Source: Octopus sinensis (Eukaryota). From it: a stretch of 64,000 bases of DNA. How positions within the stretch are numbered: the stretch's first letter is position 1; each line of letters begins with the position of its first letter. A program made the position numbers and the translations under genes. Under the pieces are notes generated by a model that was not told where the DNA came from, did no database searches, and was given only the letters and a program-made list of their open reading frames with translations. This document shows positions 26,824 to 39,500 of the stretch, one piece after another. The stretch covers positions 123,814,001 to 123,878,000 of the forward strand of contig NC_043000.1 of NCBI RefSeq assembly GCF_006345805.1, given 5' to 3'.

Positions 26824-26954
26824 ATTCTGTTGTGTCTGGGAGAGTCATTTTCTTTATAATGTAACACACTAAGAAATAAGTGGAAATTTTACTGGTGAGT
26901 GTGTTACATTATAAGACACAAAAAGAAAATGACTCTCCCCAGACACAACAGAAT
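26824..26954. repeat. Hairpin repeat; family also at 30785-30930 and 53535-53620
   Basis: attctgttgtgtctgggagagtcattttc..ttataatgtaacacact / agtgtgttacattataa..gaaaatgactctccccagacacaacagaat. Confidence 0.8.
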
Positions 26955-27412
26955 ATGCTTCAACACACGAACTCATATAAAGAATCTTGCAAACCAAATC
27001 CAAAAACGAAACATTTTAAATTATTTATCTAAATAAATCTATTTATCTGTTTCCACTCCCCCCTCTCTTTTCCCCTTTCCTCATAAACATATATCTGTGT
27101 ATGTGTGAGTGTGCATGTATGTGTTAACATGGTGTGTAAGTGTATGTGTGCATGTGTGTGTGTGCATGTATAGTGTATGTATGTACACACTCACATATTT
27201 GAAAGAATAACAGAAACTAGTATCAGTAATGTTTCAAAATATTCCTTCCTACAACTGTTTCAATAATCATTGCATAACACAAGTATTATATAGGGCATAA
27301 GAATTATACCATTAGCAATTTGGTGGGAGTTTAAAGCAATATATAATATTGAGCTCTAGAAATCTGGTTGTTTGTCATTCTTATATTGCACATCTCAATA
27401 CACACACACACA

Positions 27413-27453
<41 letters not shown>

Positions 27454-27487
27454 CTCACACACACAACCTCCCATCCCACTCTCTCAC

Positions 27488-27745
27488 CACCTCAGCCTTC
27501 TTCAAACCCACAGAATCTCACCTCTACCACATCTTCTCCTCCTCCCATCCCTCCCACACCAAACAGGCCATCCCCTACTCCCTGTTTCTCAGCCTCTGAC
27601 ACTTGTGCAGCCAGGACCAAGATTTCGAGACCCAGTTCCAGTACCTTGCCCACCTGTTCATACATTGAGGATACCCCTCAACCCTTGTCCAAAACACCCT
27701 TGCCCACGCTCGTCGAATCAGTTGCACCACTGCCCTCTCTCCATC
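27488..27745 (+). mobile_element. Penelope-like element RT C-terminal remnant
   Basis: One frame reads FFKPTESHLYHIFSSSHPSHTKQAIPYSLFLSL*HLCSQDQDFETQFQYLAHLFIH*GYP, the typical PLE KPT..SSHP..IPYS..RRICS..RGYP block. Both stops are TGA at expected Arg (CGA) positions. Confidence 0.75.
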
Positions 27746-28217
27746 TATACCCACATATATGCACACATACATAGACACCCTTATACTCACAGAATCAGCA
27801 AAACTTTTTCTTCTGGCCTACAATGGTTAAACCCTTTAGAGTGTGACAAGGCTGGTCCTTTGAAATACAGGTACAACTCATTTTTGCCACCTGAGTGAAA
27901 CTGAAGAAACGTGAAATAAAGTGTCTTGCTCAAGAACACAACACATCAACAGGAATTGAACTCACAACCTTATGATCATAAGCCAAACACCCTAACCACT
28001 AAGCCACGCACTGTCACCAACACATTATAGACCAATAAAATGAGTGTCTGTAATATAGACATGGCCACAGTCCAATGACTGGAGTTAGTAAAAGATAATG
28101 ATAAATAATAATGAAAAATAATGATAATAATAAATGATTAATTAATGATAATTAATGATAATTATTTAATGATAATAATTTAATCATAATGATAAAGGAT
28201 AATTTTTTTCCTTTTGT

Positions 28218-28971
28218 TTCAGTCATTTGACTGCAGCCATGCTGGAGAACTGCCTTTAGTCGAACAAATCAACCCCAGGACTTATTCTTTGTAAGCCTAG
28301 TACTTATTCTATCGGTCTCTTTTGCTGAACCTCTAAGTTAGGAGGACACAAACACACCAATATCGGTTGTCAAGCGATGGTGGAGGGACAAACACACACA
28401 CACAAACACATACATACATACCCCCTTTGCTTGTGAAGACATGTTGGGGCAAGCGAAATCGAAATCGAATTGAACCAGCCAGGATCCCTGGTCTGGTGGT
28501 ACGTAAAAAGCACTACCGACTCGTGGCCGATGCCACACCGCCTCGACTGGCTTCCGGCCGTGGCACTAAAATACCCAATCTGACCGTGGCCGTTGCAGCC
28601 CCACCTGGCACCTGTGCAGGTGGCACGTAAAAGCACCCCCTACACTCACGAGTGGTGGCGTTAGGAAGGGCATCCAGCTGTAGAAACATTGCCAAATTAG
28701 ACTGGAAGCCTGGTGCAGCCTTCTTGGCTTCCCAGAACCCCGGTCGAACCGTCCAACCCATGCTAGCATGGAGAACGGACGTTAAACGACGATGATGATG
28801 ATGATGACAACAGGCTTCTTTCAGTTGCCGCCTACCAAATCCACTCATAAGGCTTTGGTCAGCCCAAGGCTATAGTAGAAGACACTTGCCCAAGGTGTCA
28901 CGCAGCAGGACTGAACCCAGAACCATGTGGTTGGTAAGCTAGCTACTTAACACACAGCCACTCCTGCACCT
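28218..28971 (-). mobile_element. SINE family A split by an RTE 3'-UTR insertion (28417-28806, plus strand)
   Basis: 3' half at 28218-28400 and 5' half at 28812-28971. The insert matches the RTE UTR at 39500-39940 and ends in (GAT)n. Confidence 0.8.
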
Positions 28972-29656
28972 ACATTGATAATGATAAATGATAAAAGATA
29001 CTTAACTCTACCCACTCAAAAAATATGTGGCCTTGTGTCAAAGTAAAGCAATCACACGAACAATGTGTCTATGTAAGCTGTAGTAATATTTTCCAAAACA
29101 GAATTACGTTTGGAGTCAATTTCAAAATCCTAAATGTATGTCTCATGATCTCTTGTGAGCTTATTTACATAAGTGACATTTTATTGATTGATAATTGGTT
29201 ATTGATTATATGGAAATATTGTCATGTTTATGGAACTCTGGAAATTATGAGTGTATACACATGCATGCACGCACACATATACACACACACACACACACAC
29301 AAGCACACACACACATGTACACCCACAAATGCTTACACATACACATCCACAGAAATGCATACACATGCACACATACACATACACACACAGACAAACACAT
29401 GCACACATACACACACACATACACACACATGCACACATACACAAACACACATACACACACATGTGTATACATGTATGAATATATGTCTATGTAGCATGCC
29501 TGTTTGGTTAAGAAGCTTGCCTTCCAACCACATGATCTTGGGCTCAATCCCACTGCACAGCACCTTGGGTAAGTGTCTTCTACTATAGCCCTGGGTTGGT
29601 TAATCCCTTGTGAGAGAATTTAGGAGATGGAATCTGTGTAGAAATCTGTCACATAT

Positions 29657-29935
29657 GCCCACGGGCATATGGCATAGTGGTTAAGAGTGCGGGCTACTAA
29701 CCCCAAGACTCCGAGTTCGATTCCAGGCAGTGACATGAATAATGATGATGATGATAATAATAATAATAATAATAACAACAACAACAACAACATCAAAAAA
29801 TACCTTAGGTATGAGAACTGAGGTTCAAAATTTCCCCAAGACACCTGTTGAAGGCTGGAGGGTATATCAGCCAAAATGTTGCGTTAACAACAAACAAGAT
29901 GAGGACAAATATCCATCAAATGTAAATAATGTACT
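29657..29935 (+). mobile_element. tRNA-headed repeat with hammerhead-like (Penelope-type) tail
   Basis: A box TGGCATAGTGG (29670-80), anticodon-like arm ggg-CTACTAA-ccc, B box GAGTTCGATTCC (29713-24), (AAT/AAC)n spacer. The tail is homologous to both arms of 11487-11762. Confidence 0.7.
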
Positions 29936-30614
29936 TTATGGTTTTATATTGCACCTAGCTGCTTATGTTAATTTTTAGTACACACATTAGCATTTCATTA
30001 AATCAGCCATAAATTTATATGGTAAATATATCTACTGACAGGTGGATTTAGCTAAACCATCTAAGCAATGGTGTAGGCACTGCTGACAAGTCTGCAACTA
30101 ACAGATGAAACCTGGTCCAGTGCTCCTAGCTTCACTCATAGGGTGGTTATCTCCCCTGTCAGTGTATATAAATTATGCTCTTCATGCAGCCTTAAGGGTT
30201 TTAACTCTTATTTCTTGCAATATAGGTGCTGTCCAGCACCTCCGGATTACTGAATTTTTCATTGATGGTTTTATACTGAGCCTGACTGATTATATTAATT
30301 ATATTAAAAGTGTGTGTGTGTGCGTGTGTGTGTGTGTGTGTGTATGCATATCTTTATGTCTGTGCTTGACAACTGTTTTTGCTTTAAGTTCTGGTAACTT
30401 AACAGTTTGACAAAACAGACTAAATAAATAAGTGCCAAAACTTAAAAAAAACAACATATTTGACTAAAACCCTTTAAGAGGAGGGGTGCTCCAGCATGGC
30501 TGCCATCCAATGATAGAAACAAGTGAAAAAGATGAAGATATGCAAATACACTGAACTCCACCCACTTCACTTCAAATATAAAAATTTATTGATTACTTTT
30601 ACATATAAAAATAT

Positions 30615-31003
30615 ATTGAGTTGGTGTATAATTATTGTGGCATTTTTTCAACAAATAACAGCATGTAACAAAAACATTTTTAGATGATTATTCCGGAGCA
30701 TATTCACCATCTACTTTAATTACTGCTTTCCATTTGCTTGGCAGATTGTCAGACTGTCATTTAAAGATGTTTTTGTTAAATATTCTGTTGTGTCTGGGGA
30801 GAGTCATTTTCTTTTTTTTTTTTTTTTGTGCCTTATAATGTAACGCACTCACCGGTAAAATTTTTTCTTATTTCTATTTTCCTAAAATTTTCTTTGTGTC
30901 TTGCAACCTTTTCAATAGTCTTGACTGTCTTAAATATTGTTATTGTATTTGTTGAATAAAATTTGTTGAAAAACAGCTATAATAATTATACACCAACCCA
31001 ATA
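30615..31003 (-). mobile_element. Second copy of the mariner MITE, carrying a nested insertion at ~30785-30930
   Basis: Same TIRs and internal sequence as 14855-15082 in opposite orientation. Interrupted by the tgttgtgtctggggagagtc repeat also seen at 26824 and 53535. Confidence 0.75.
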
Positions 31004-31176
31004 TATTGATTATTCTGTATATAAAAACAAACATAAACACAATAAATATGAATGTGTGTTTGTGAATGCATGCACATATGCACATGTGTGAGTAAACTCA
31101 TAATTTACATGATTCTATAAATGTGGCAATATTCAATATAATCATTAACCAATTATTAATCAATAAAGTATCATTT

Positions 31177-31623
31177 ATACTCTTACTCTTTACTCTGTTA
31201 CTCTTTTACTTGTTTCAGTCATTTGACTGTGGCTATGCTGGAGCACCGCCTTTAGTGGAGCAAATCGACTTCAGGAATTATCCTTTGTAAGCCTAGTACT
31301 TATTCTATCGGTCTCTTTTGCCGAACCGCTAAGTTACGGGGACGTAAACACACCAGCATCAGTTGTCAAACGATGTTGGGGGGGACAAACACAGACACAC
31401 AAATACACACACACACACACACACACACACCACACACACACACATATATATACATATATACTATGGGCTTCTTTCAGTTTCCATCTACTAAATCCACTCA
31501 CAAGGCTTTGGTCGGCCAGAGGCTATAGTAGAAGACACTTGCCCAAGGTGCCACACAGTGGGATTGAACCCAGAACCATGTGGTTGGTAAGCAAGCTTCT
31601 TACCACACAGCCACTCCTACACC
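31177..31623 (-). mobile_element. SINE family A, full-length
   Basis: Reverse complement of the family A consensus. Confidence 0.85.
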
Positions 31624-31986
31624 TATATGTCATTTATGTAAATAAAGTTACAAGAGTTTGTGAGGCATATATTTAGAGTGTTGAAATTGGTTTTGATTAT
31701 AATTCCTTTTGGTAAAATATTGATATGGCATACATGGAGATATATTCTATGTGTGATTTCAACTTACTTTTTGATGTTTATATTTTTCTGTTACAGTCAA
31801 TCATTTTCATTCTTAAGATTCCTGTTCTTTTGAAAAATAACAACGCCCTGTCCAATTAGCTTTAAGTGTTTATTTAACAAGTTGCTAAATAATTATTGTT
31901 TATATGTATGCGGAGATCGTGTGAGAGAGGGAGGGAGAGGAGAAAAAGAGAGAGATTGTTAGATAGATAGATAAATAAATGTTGTA

Positions 31987-32017
<31 letters not shown>

Positions 32018-32123
32018 TAATAATAAAAGGATAAAATTAATTAATTAATTTATCAATTAATCAATTAATAATTTTACCAAGTAGATCAGTACGTTAAAAT
32101 AACCTTTATAGGTAAAATTATAC

Positions 32124-32308
32124 AAATATTCTATAATTATAAACATAATTATAATTAGGGGTCAGCGGAAAAAAAATGTGTGTTACTGTCTGAGAGATTT
32201 CTTATGGTAGTAAAAAAGGAATTTTTAACTCCTGTTTCTAAATTCGGTATATGGTGAAGCAATTAGCTGACCCCTAATTATAATCATGTTTATAATTATA
32301 GAATATTT
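32124..32308. repeat. Short fold-back, ~43-bp arms
   Basis: aaatattctataattataaacataattataattagggggtcagc / gctgacccctaattataatcatgtttataattatagaatattt. Confidence 0.75.
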
Positions 32309-32325
32309 ATATTTATATTTATATG

Positions 32326-32397
<72 letters not shown>

Positions 32398-32426
32398 TAT
32401 ACATACATATATATATATATAATATA

Positions 32427-32482
<56 letters not shown>

Positions 32483-33726
32483 GAGAGAGATGTGTAGCCT
32501 AGTGGTTAGGCTGCTGTACTCCATGATCCCCAGATCATAGGTTCAATTCCTTGACTGGGTAGCATGTTGCGTTCTGGAGCAAAACACTTTATTTCCCATT
32601 GTTCCACTTCCCCTTCAATCAGTGGAGATTGTTGGCCTGCTCACCAAGCCAGCAGGGTGGCATCATTTGAAGGCTAAAACAATGCAAAAATGCATTGTGA
32701 CCAGCAATAACAACATCTGATACTCTGTGTGTGTGAAGGCACATCGCTCAGTAGTTAGAGCATCAAGCTTAAAATCGTGAGGTTGTGAGTTCGAATCCCA
32801 GACCAGGTTGCGTGTTGTGTTCTTGAGCAAGACACTTTATTTCACGTTGCTCCAGTTCACTCATCTGTAGAAATGAGTTGCGACGTCACTGGCACAGGAG
32901 CCAGTCAGGCAGGCCTGGCATCAAATACGTTCAGATAGTGCTTTTTATGTGCCACCAGCACGGGAGCCAGTCAGAGGGCACTGGCATTGGCCATGTTCAA
33001 ATGGTGCTTTTTATGTGCCACTGGCATGGGAGTCAGTCAGGCAGCCCTGGCATTGATCACATTCGGATATATGTATATATACCGTTAAGGCAGATAATCT
33101 GTGATCAGATTCCCTTCCTGTTACCAATCCTCACCTGTTTCCAAGTAAGATAATATTTCCCAGTGACCAGACATGATTTCTTGGAAGACTGGGAATGAAG
33201 GACACCTCTTGCTTGACAGTGGCATTCATTTACAACTACTACACAAAGTCAAGGCAAGGAGACAGTAACATACGCACACACACACACACATACACACGCA
33301 CGCGCACGCACAGATGCATACATACACATAATGGGCTTCTTTCAATTTCCTTCAACCAAATCCAACCAAAAGGCTTTGATTAACCTGAAGCTATAATATA
33401 ACACATTTGCCCAAGATGCCAAACAGTGGGAATGAACCCAAAATCATATGGTTAGGAAGCAATACTTCTTACCATACATTCATACTCACACCTATAAAAA
33501 TCATATCGCATAGATGTACAGCTGAGATGTTTGAATATCACCACAAGTGATTATTTGATAAAATAAAACAAATGAATCCTATTGTTTGACAACATAATCA
33601 TTCTTTGAGAAATAGGGAGGAGTTTACCAGGAGAAAAGATAAAGATATGCAAAATGATACAAACATATCTATGAAAAATATGAACAATTACATATACATG
33701 AAAATATTAAAATATTTTAATCTAAA

Positions 33727-34136
33727 GGCACAGGAGTTGCTGTGTGGTAAGTAGCTTGCTAACCAACCACATGGTTCCGGGTTCAATCCCACTGCGTGGC
33801 ATCTTGGGCAAGTGTCTTCTGCTATAGCCCCAGGCCGACCAATGCCTTGTGAATGGATTTGGTAGATGGAAACTGAAAGAAGCCTGTCGTATATATGTAT
33901 ATATATATATATATATATATGTGTGTTTGTGTGTCAGTGTTTGTCCCCCTAGCATTGCTTGACAACCAATGCTGGTGTGTTTACATCCCCGTCACTTAGC
34001 GGTTCGGCAAAAGAGACCAATAGAATAAGTACTGGGCTTACAAAGAATAAGTCCCGGGGTCGATTTACTCGACTAAAGGCGGTGCCCCAGCATGGCCACA
34101 GTCAAATGACTGAATCAAGTAAAAGAGTAAAAGAGA
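33727..34136 (+). mobile_element. SINE family A, full-length
   Basis: Colinear with 63346-63814. Confidence 0.85.
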
Positions 34137-36549
34137 GAGAGAGTAAAGTGTTTTGTATTTAAAAAAAGGCAAAGAAAGAAAATAATTCAGAATATTTAAA
34201 TGTCTTTAAAACATAAATCTTCAAATATAGACGTTATAAGACCCCTCTTAGGTACTGAAATCACCATTAAGAGGGAAAATTATTTGGAGAATATAATCAT
34301 GAAGAGTAGAAGAGGTCATGTTAATGTTGTTGAAAAGGTTTTGAGAATTGAAACAATAAACTGTATTTGTAAAATTTTTACAGCAAAAATAACTTACTTT
34401 AATCTAGTTTCTGTTAAATATCTCTTGATATTTGATTCATCAGGAAATGCAGAGAAATTGAATTAAGAATTTTTTTTACACTATTTGTCCATTCAATTAA
34501 GCTAAAAATTTAATGATACTTCATTATTTTTTGGTCTATGTTTATGCTTGAGATCATTAATGTACATCATGTATTTGTTTTTTTTCTGTAAAACCATTCG
34601 AATATAGTCAAACATTTATAAATGTAACATCACCTGAAGATATGGATATATGTTTTCTAATGTTAAGTATAAATTTTCATAGAACATTTGGTAGATTATT
34701 AGATTCTTTTTTACTTATACAAAATATTCTTTCATCAGTTTTTGGTAAGGGTAATATTTTTCATATCAAAATTTAAAGTAAAAATTCACTATAATAAATT
34801 TCAAGTCAACTGTAATTCATTTTATGATATTCAAATTTTTTCACTGTATGTCTATTATGTAACATTTTTATGTTCCATTTTTTATAATGATCTGAAGATC
34901 AGAATGAGAAACATACAGTAATGATATGAAGTACTTGGACAATGCTTTGTTTTATCAACTCCAAAAGGATGAAAGGCAAAGCTGACGCCAGTTGAATTTG
35001 AACTCAAAATGTAATTAGTCTCTTTTCGGTTATTCTAACAATTTTGTCAGCTAGCCATCTCCCAATTTAGATAAATTTAAATAAGGTAGTATATCATCCT
35101 GTTTGCTACAAAACTAGTACCAACCACTTAACTGTTAACTATCCTCTAAATCTCTTTTATAGTTAGAAGCTATAACTAATTATACTATCAGTTAATCAAT
35201 AACAATTAAGTCATTACTCTCCCTACAGTCAGTTGGGACTATTACTAATGCTACAGTTACCTTTCAAAAATTAAGATGTTTTTGTAAGTATGTACTAAGC
35301 TTTTGTGAATCACTTTAAGTATTAATTAGTCAGAAACAGACATAAATACCGCATTCAGCTCTCTCACTTTTAACCTAGCAGAACATTGGCAATGTGACAG
35401 TTAGAGGGAAAAGGGAATATACTATCAGCTTGTTGATACTCATCTCGGGAACATAAAATGAAATCATCATCATCACCATCATCATGTAACATCCATTTTC
35501 CATGCTGACACAGGTTGGACAGTTTGACAGGAGCTGGCAAGCCAGAGGGTTGCACTAGGTTCCAGTCATTTGTTTTGGCATGGTCTAATGCCAACCACTT
35601 TACAGAGTGTACTAGGTGCCTTTCACATGGTGGTGCCAGCACAGGTGCATTTTTTACATGGCACTGGTGCACACTTCTTTTCATGTGGTGCTGGCACAGG
35701 TGCCTTTTTACATTGTGTCGTCACAAGTGCTTTTTCATGTGGCATTGACACAGGTACTCTTTTACATGGCACCAACATGGTTGCTTCATCATGTGTCACT
35801 GGCATAGGTACTTTTCTATGTGATGCCATCATGGGTGCCTCTTTATGTGACACCAACATGGCTGCGTTTTTATGTGGCACCAGCATGGGTGCCATTTTAT
35901 GTGGCAGTAGTACAAATGCTTGTTTACATGGTGCCAGTATAGGTGATCATTTGTTGCATGGGGCCTGTATGGGGGCTTTTTATGTAGCATCAGCACCTTG
36001 TTCAAAAATGCAACATGCTACCCAGTCCAAGAATCAAATCAACAACCTTATGGTCATAATCCCATCGCCCTTACCAAAAGGTCACTCACCTTCAAAACCA
36101 ATTGCAATTATCAGTAAGTTACTATCCTTATCATACAACTCAAATAATCCTTTCTAATTTTGGTACAGAGCCAGCAATTTTGAGGCAAAGGGAAAGTCAA
36201 TCACATCGACCACAGTGCTCAACTAGTACTTATTTTGTCAACCCTGAAAGGGATGGAAGACAAAGTTAACCTTGGCAGGATTTGAACTCAGAACTTAGAG
36301 ACACTTGGGCAAGTGTCTTCTACTATAGCCTCGGGTTGACCAAACCCTTGTGAGTGCATTTGGTAGGCAGAAATTGAAAAAAGCCTGTTGTATATATGTA
36401 TATATATAAGAATAAGTCCTGGGGTCGATTTGCTCGACTAAAGGCAGTGCTCCAGCATGGTCACAGTCAAATGACTGAAACAAGTAAAAGAGTAAAAGAG
36501 TTGGAAAAAGTGCTGCTGAGTATTTTGTCTGACATGGTAATTGTCTGAC

Positions 36550-39500
36550 ATGACAGAATACTTAAGATTAGATTAGTGCTTCATCATAGTTTAGCAACCA
36601 TTATATCAGCCTATGCTCCTCAGTCGGGGCTACCCGATGGACAGAAAGACCGATTCTATGACACTCTACTGCAGACTACCTCATTGACGAACGACAGAGA
36701 CCTTATCTTTGTGGCTGGTGACTTCAATGGTCACGTTGGACGACATGCTGGGGGCTTCCATGGCGTACATGGAGGCTATGGCTATGGCTCCCGCAACGAG
36801 GAGGGAACCAGGCTGCTGGAGTTCTGCGATGCAAATAATCTTATGATTTGCAACACTAACTTCAGGAAACCTACCAGCCACCTAGTCACTTACCAATCGG
36901 GCCAACATACCAGCCAAATTGACTACATCCTTACAAGGCAAAGGGAGAGATGGCTGCTTATAAATGCCAAAACCTTCCCAGGTGAAGAATGTACCCCACA
37001 ACATAGACTGGTAGTTAATGACTTTAGGATCAGGACTAGGAGACAACCAGAAGACGAACAAATATGGAGAAGAAGGATCTGGAAGCTTAAAGATCCTGCA
37101 AATGGACAGAGATTTAGGGACATATTACTTGAAGCCTCTGACGAAGTAGAAGGGGATAGAGCATCACAGGGGGTAGAAGACAGCTGGACGTTTCTAAGGG
37201 ACAACCTGCTGAGAGCCACTGACCAGATCTGTGGCTGGTGCAAAGTCCCCTCTCGACCTAGAATAACGTGGTGGTGGAACAATATTGTAGACAGGGCTAT
37301 TAGAGAAAAGAGACAGGCTTGGAAGGTCTGGAAAAAGGGGGGTAGCAGGGAATTGTATCAGACTGCCAAAAGAGAAGCTAGGAGACAGGTTTATTTAGCC
37401 AGAGGGGAAGCAGATAAGAAAAAATTTGCCAATGTTCTGCGCCGTGAGGACCAAAGACTGGAGGTGTTTCGTGTTGCAAGACAGTGTGAGAGAGAATCGT
37501 GATGTGGTAGGAGAGAAGTGTGTTCGCATGGAAGATGGTTCACTTGCGCTAAATGAGGATGCAAAGAGAGAGGTTTGGAGATGCCACTATGAAAGGTTGC
37601 TGAATGAAGAAAATGAATGGGATAAAGAGAGTCTGCCGAATGTTGACCCAACAGAGGGACCAGCTATCCGAGTTGATAGTTCTGTGGTAGCTAAGGCAAT
37701 TAGAAGCATGAAGACAGGGAAAGCCCCAGGCCCATCAGGAATCACTGCAGAGATGCTCAAAATGTCTGGTAGTGTCGGCTATAGCCTAGTCACCCATATA
37801 GTTAATCAGGTGATACACAAAGGGGTCATACCCAATGACTGGTGTAGCAGTATAATAGTCAACTGCTACAAAGGTAAAGGTGATGCCCTAGATACAAATA
37901 ACTACAGAGGTATCAAGCTGTTGGACCAGGTGATGAAGGTTACGGAGAGGGTCATAGCCCAACTAATTAGAGAGAGAGTTAGTTTAGATGAGATGCAGTT
38001 TGGGTTTGTGCCAGGGAAAAGTACTACTGATGCTATATTCCTGGTAAGGCAGCTGCAGGAGAAATACCTAGCCAAAGATAAGCCCCTGTACCTGGCTTTT
38101 GTTGACATGGAGAAAGCCTTCGACAGGGTCCCCCGATCCCTTATCTGGTGGGCAATGAGAGAAACTAGGGATAGATGAATGGTTAGTGAGAGCTGTGTGG
38201 GCCATGTATAGGGACGCCGCTAGTAGGGTGAGGGTTGGAAATGAGTACAGTGAAGAATTCCGGGTAGAGGTAGGGGTCCACCAAGGCTCAGTACTCAGCC
38301 CCCTCCTATTTATCATAGTCCTCCAGGCAATAACGGAGGAATTCAAGACAGGATGCCCTTGGGAGCTCCTCTATGCTGATGACCTTGCTCTAATTGCTGA
38401 GTCGCTATCAGAACTGGAGGAGAAGTTTCAGGTGTGGAAACAAGGATTAGAATCGAAGGGCCTCAGAGTCAATCTAGCTAAAACCAAAGTCGTAATCAGT
38501 AGGAAGGTAGACAAATCACAAACACCTTCAGGTAGATGGCCCTGCTCGATCTGTAGAAAAGGTGTAGGTAGAAACTCTATAAGATGCACCAAGTGTAAGC
38601 TATGGACACATAAGAGATGCAGCAATGTCAAAGGAAGGCTAACTAGGAAGATGGTTTTTGTATGTGGCAGATGCTCAGGAACAATAAACACTGAAAATGC
38701 TCTGAGACCAACTTCCGTCACTTTCCAGGGAGAAAAACTAGAAATAGTTGATAGTTTCCGTTACCTAGGTGACCAAGTCAGCAGCGGGGGCGGGTGTGCT
38801 GAAAGTGTAACTGCTAGAGTAAGAATAGCTTGGGCAAAGTTCAGAGAGCTCTTACCTCTGCTGGTGACAAAAGGCCTCTCGCACAGAGTGAAAGGCAGAC
38901 TGTATGATGCGTGTGTACGAACAGCCATGCTACATGGCAGTGAAACATGGCCGTGACTGCTGAGGATATGCGTAAGCTCGCTAGAAATGAAGCCAGTATG
39001 CTCCGATGGATGTGTAATGCCGGTACTCACACTCGGCAGAGTGTAAGTACCTTGAGAGAAAAGCTGGACCTAAGAAGCATCAGTTGTGGTGTGCAAGAGA
39101 GACGTTTGCGCTGGTATGGTCATGTGGCGAGAATGGATGAAGATAGTTGTGTGAAAAAGTGCCACACCCTAGCGGTTGAGGGAACCTGTGGAAGAGGCAG
39201 ACCCAGGAAAACCTGGGACGAGGTGGTGAAGCACGACCTTCGAACTTTAGGTCTCACTGAGGAAATGACTAGAGACCGAGACCTCTGGAAGTGTGCTGTG
39301 CGCGAGAAGACCCGGCAGGACAAGTGAGTCCACAACCCGTGGCCTTCTACATGGGATGGAGCCAGCCTACGTATGCATATCTTCCCTTCTTGGGACACAA
39401 AACTCTACTTGTGAAGACGTGTTGAGGCAAGTGAGGATCAGAATCGAAATCGACCAATGGAAATTGCGGATGTGCTACCAGTGCCGGTGGCATGTCGAAA

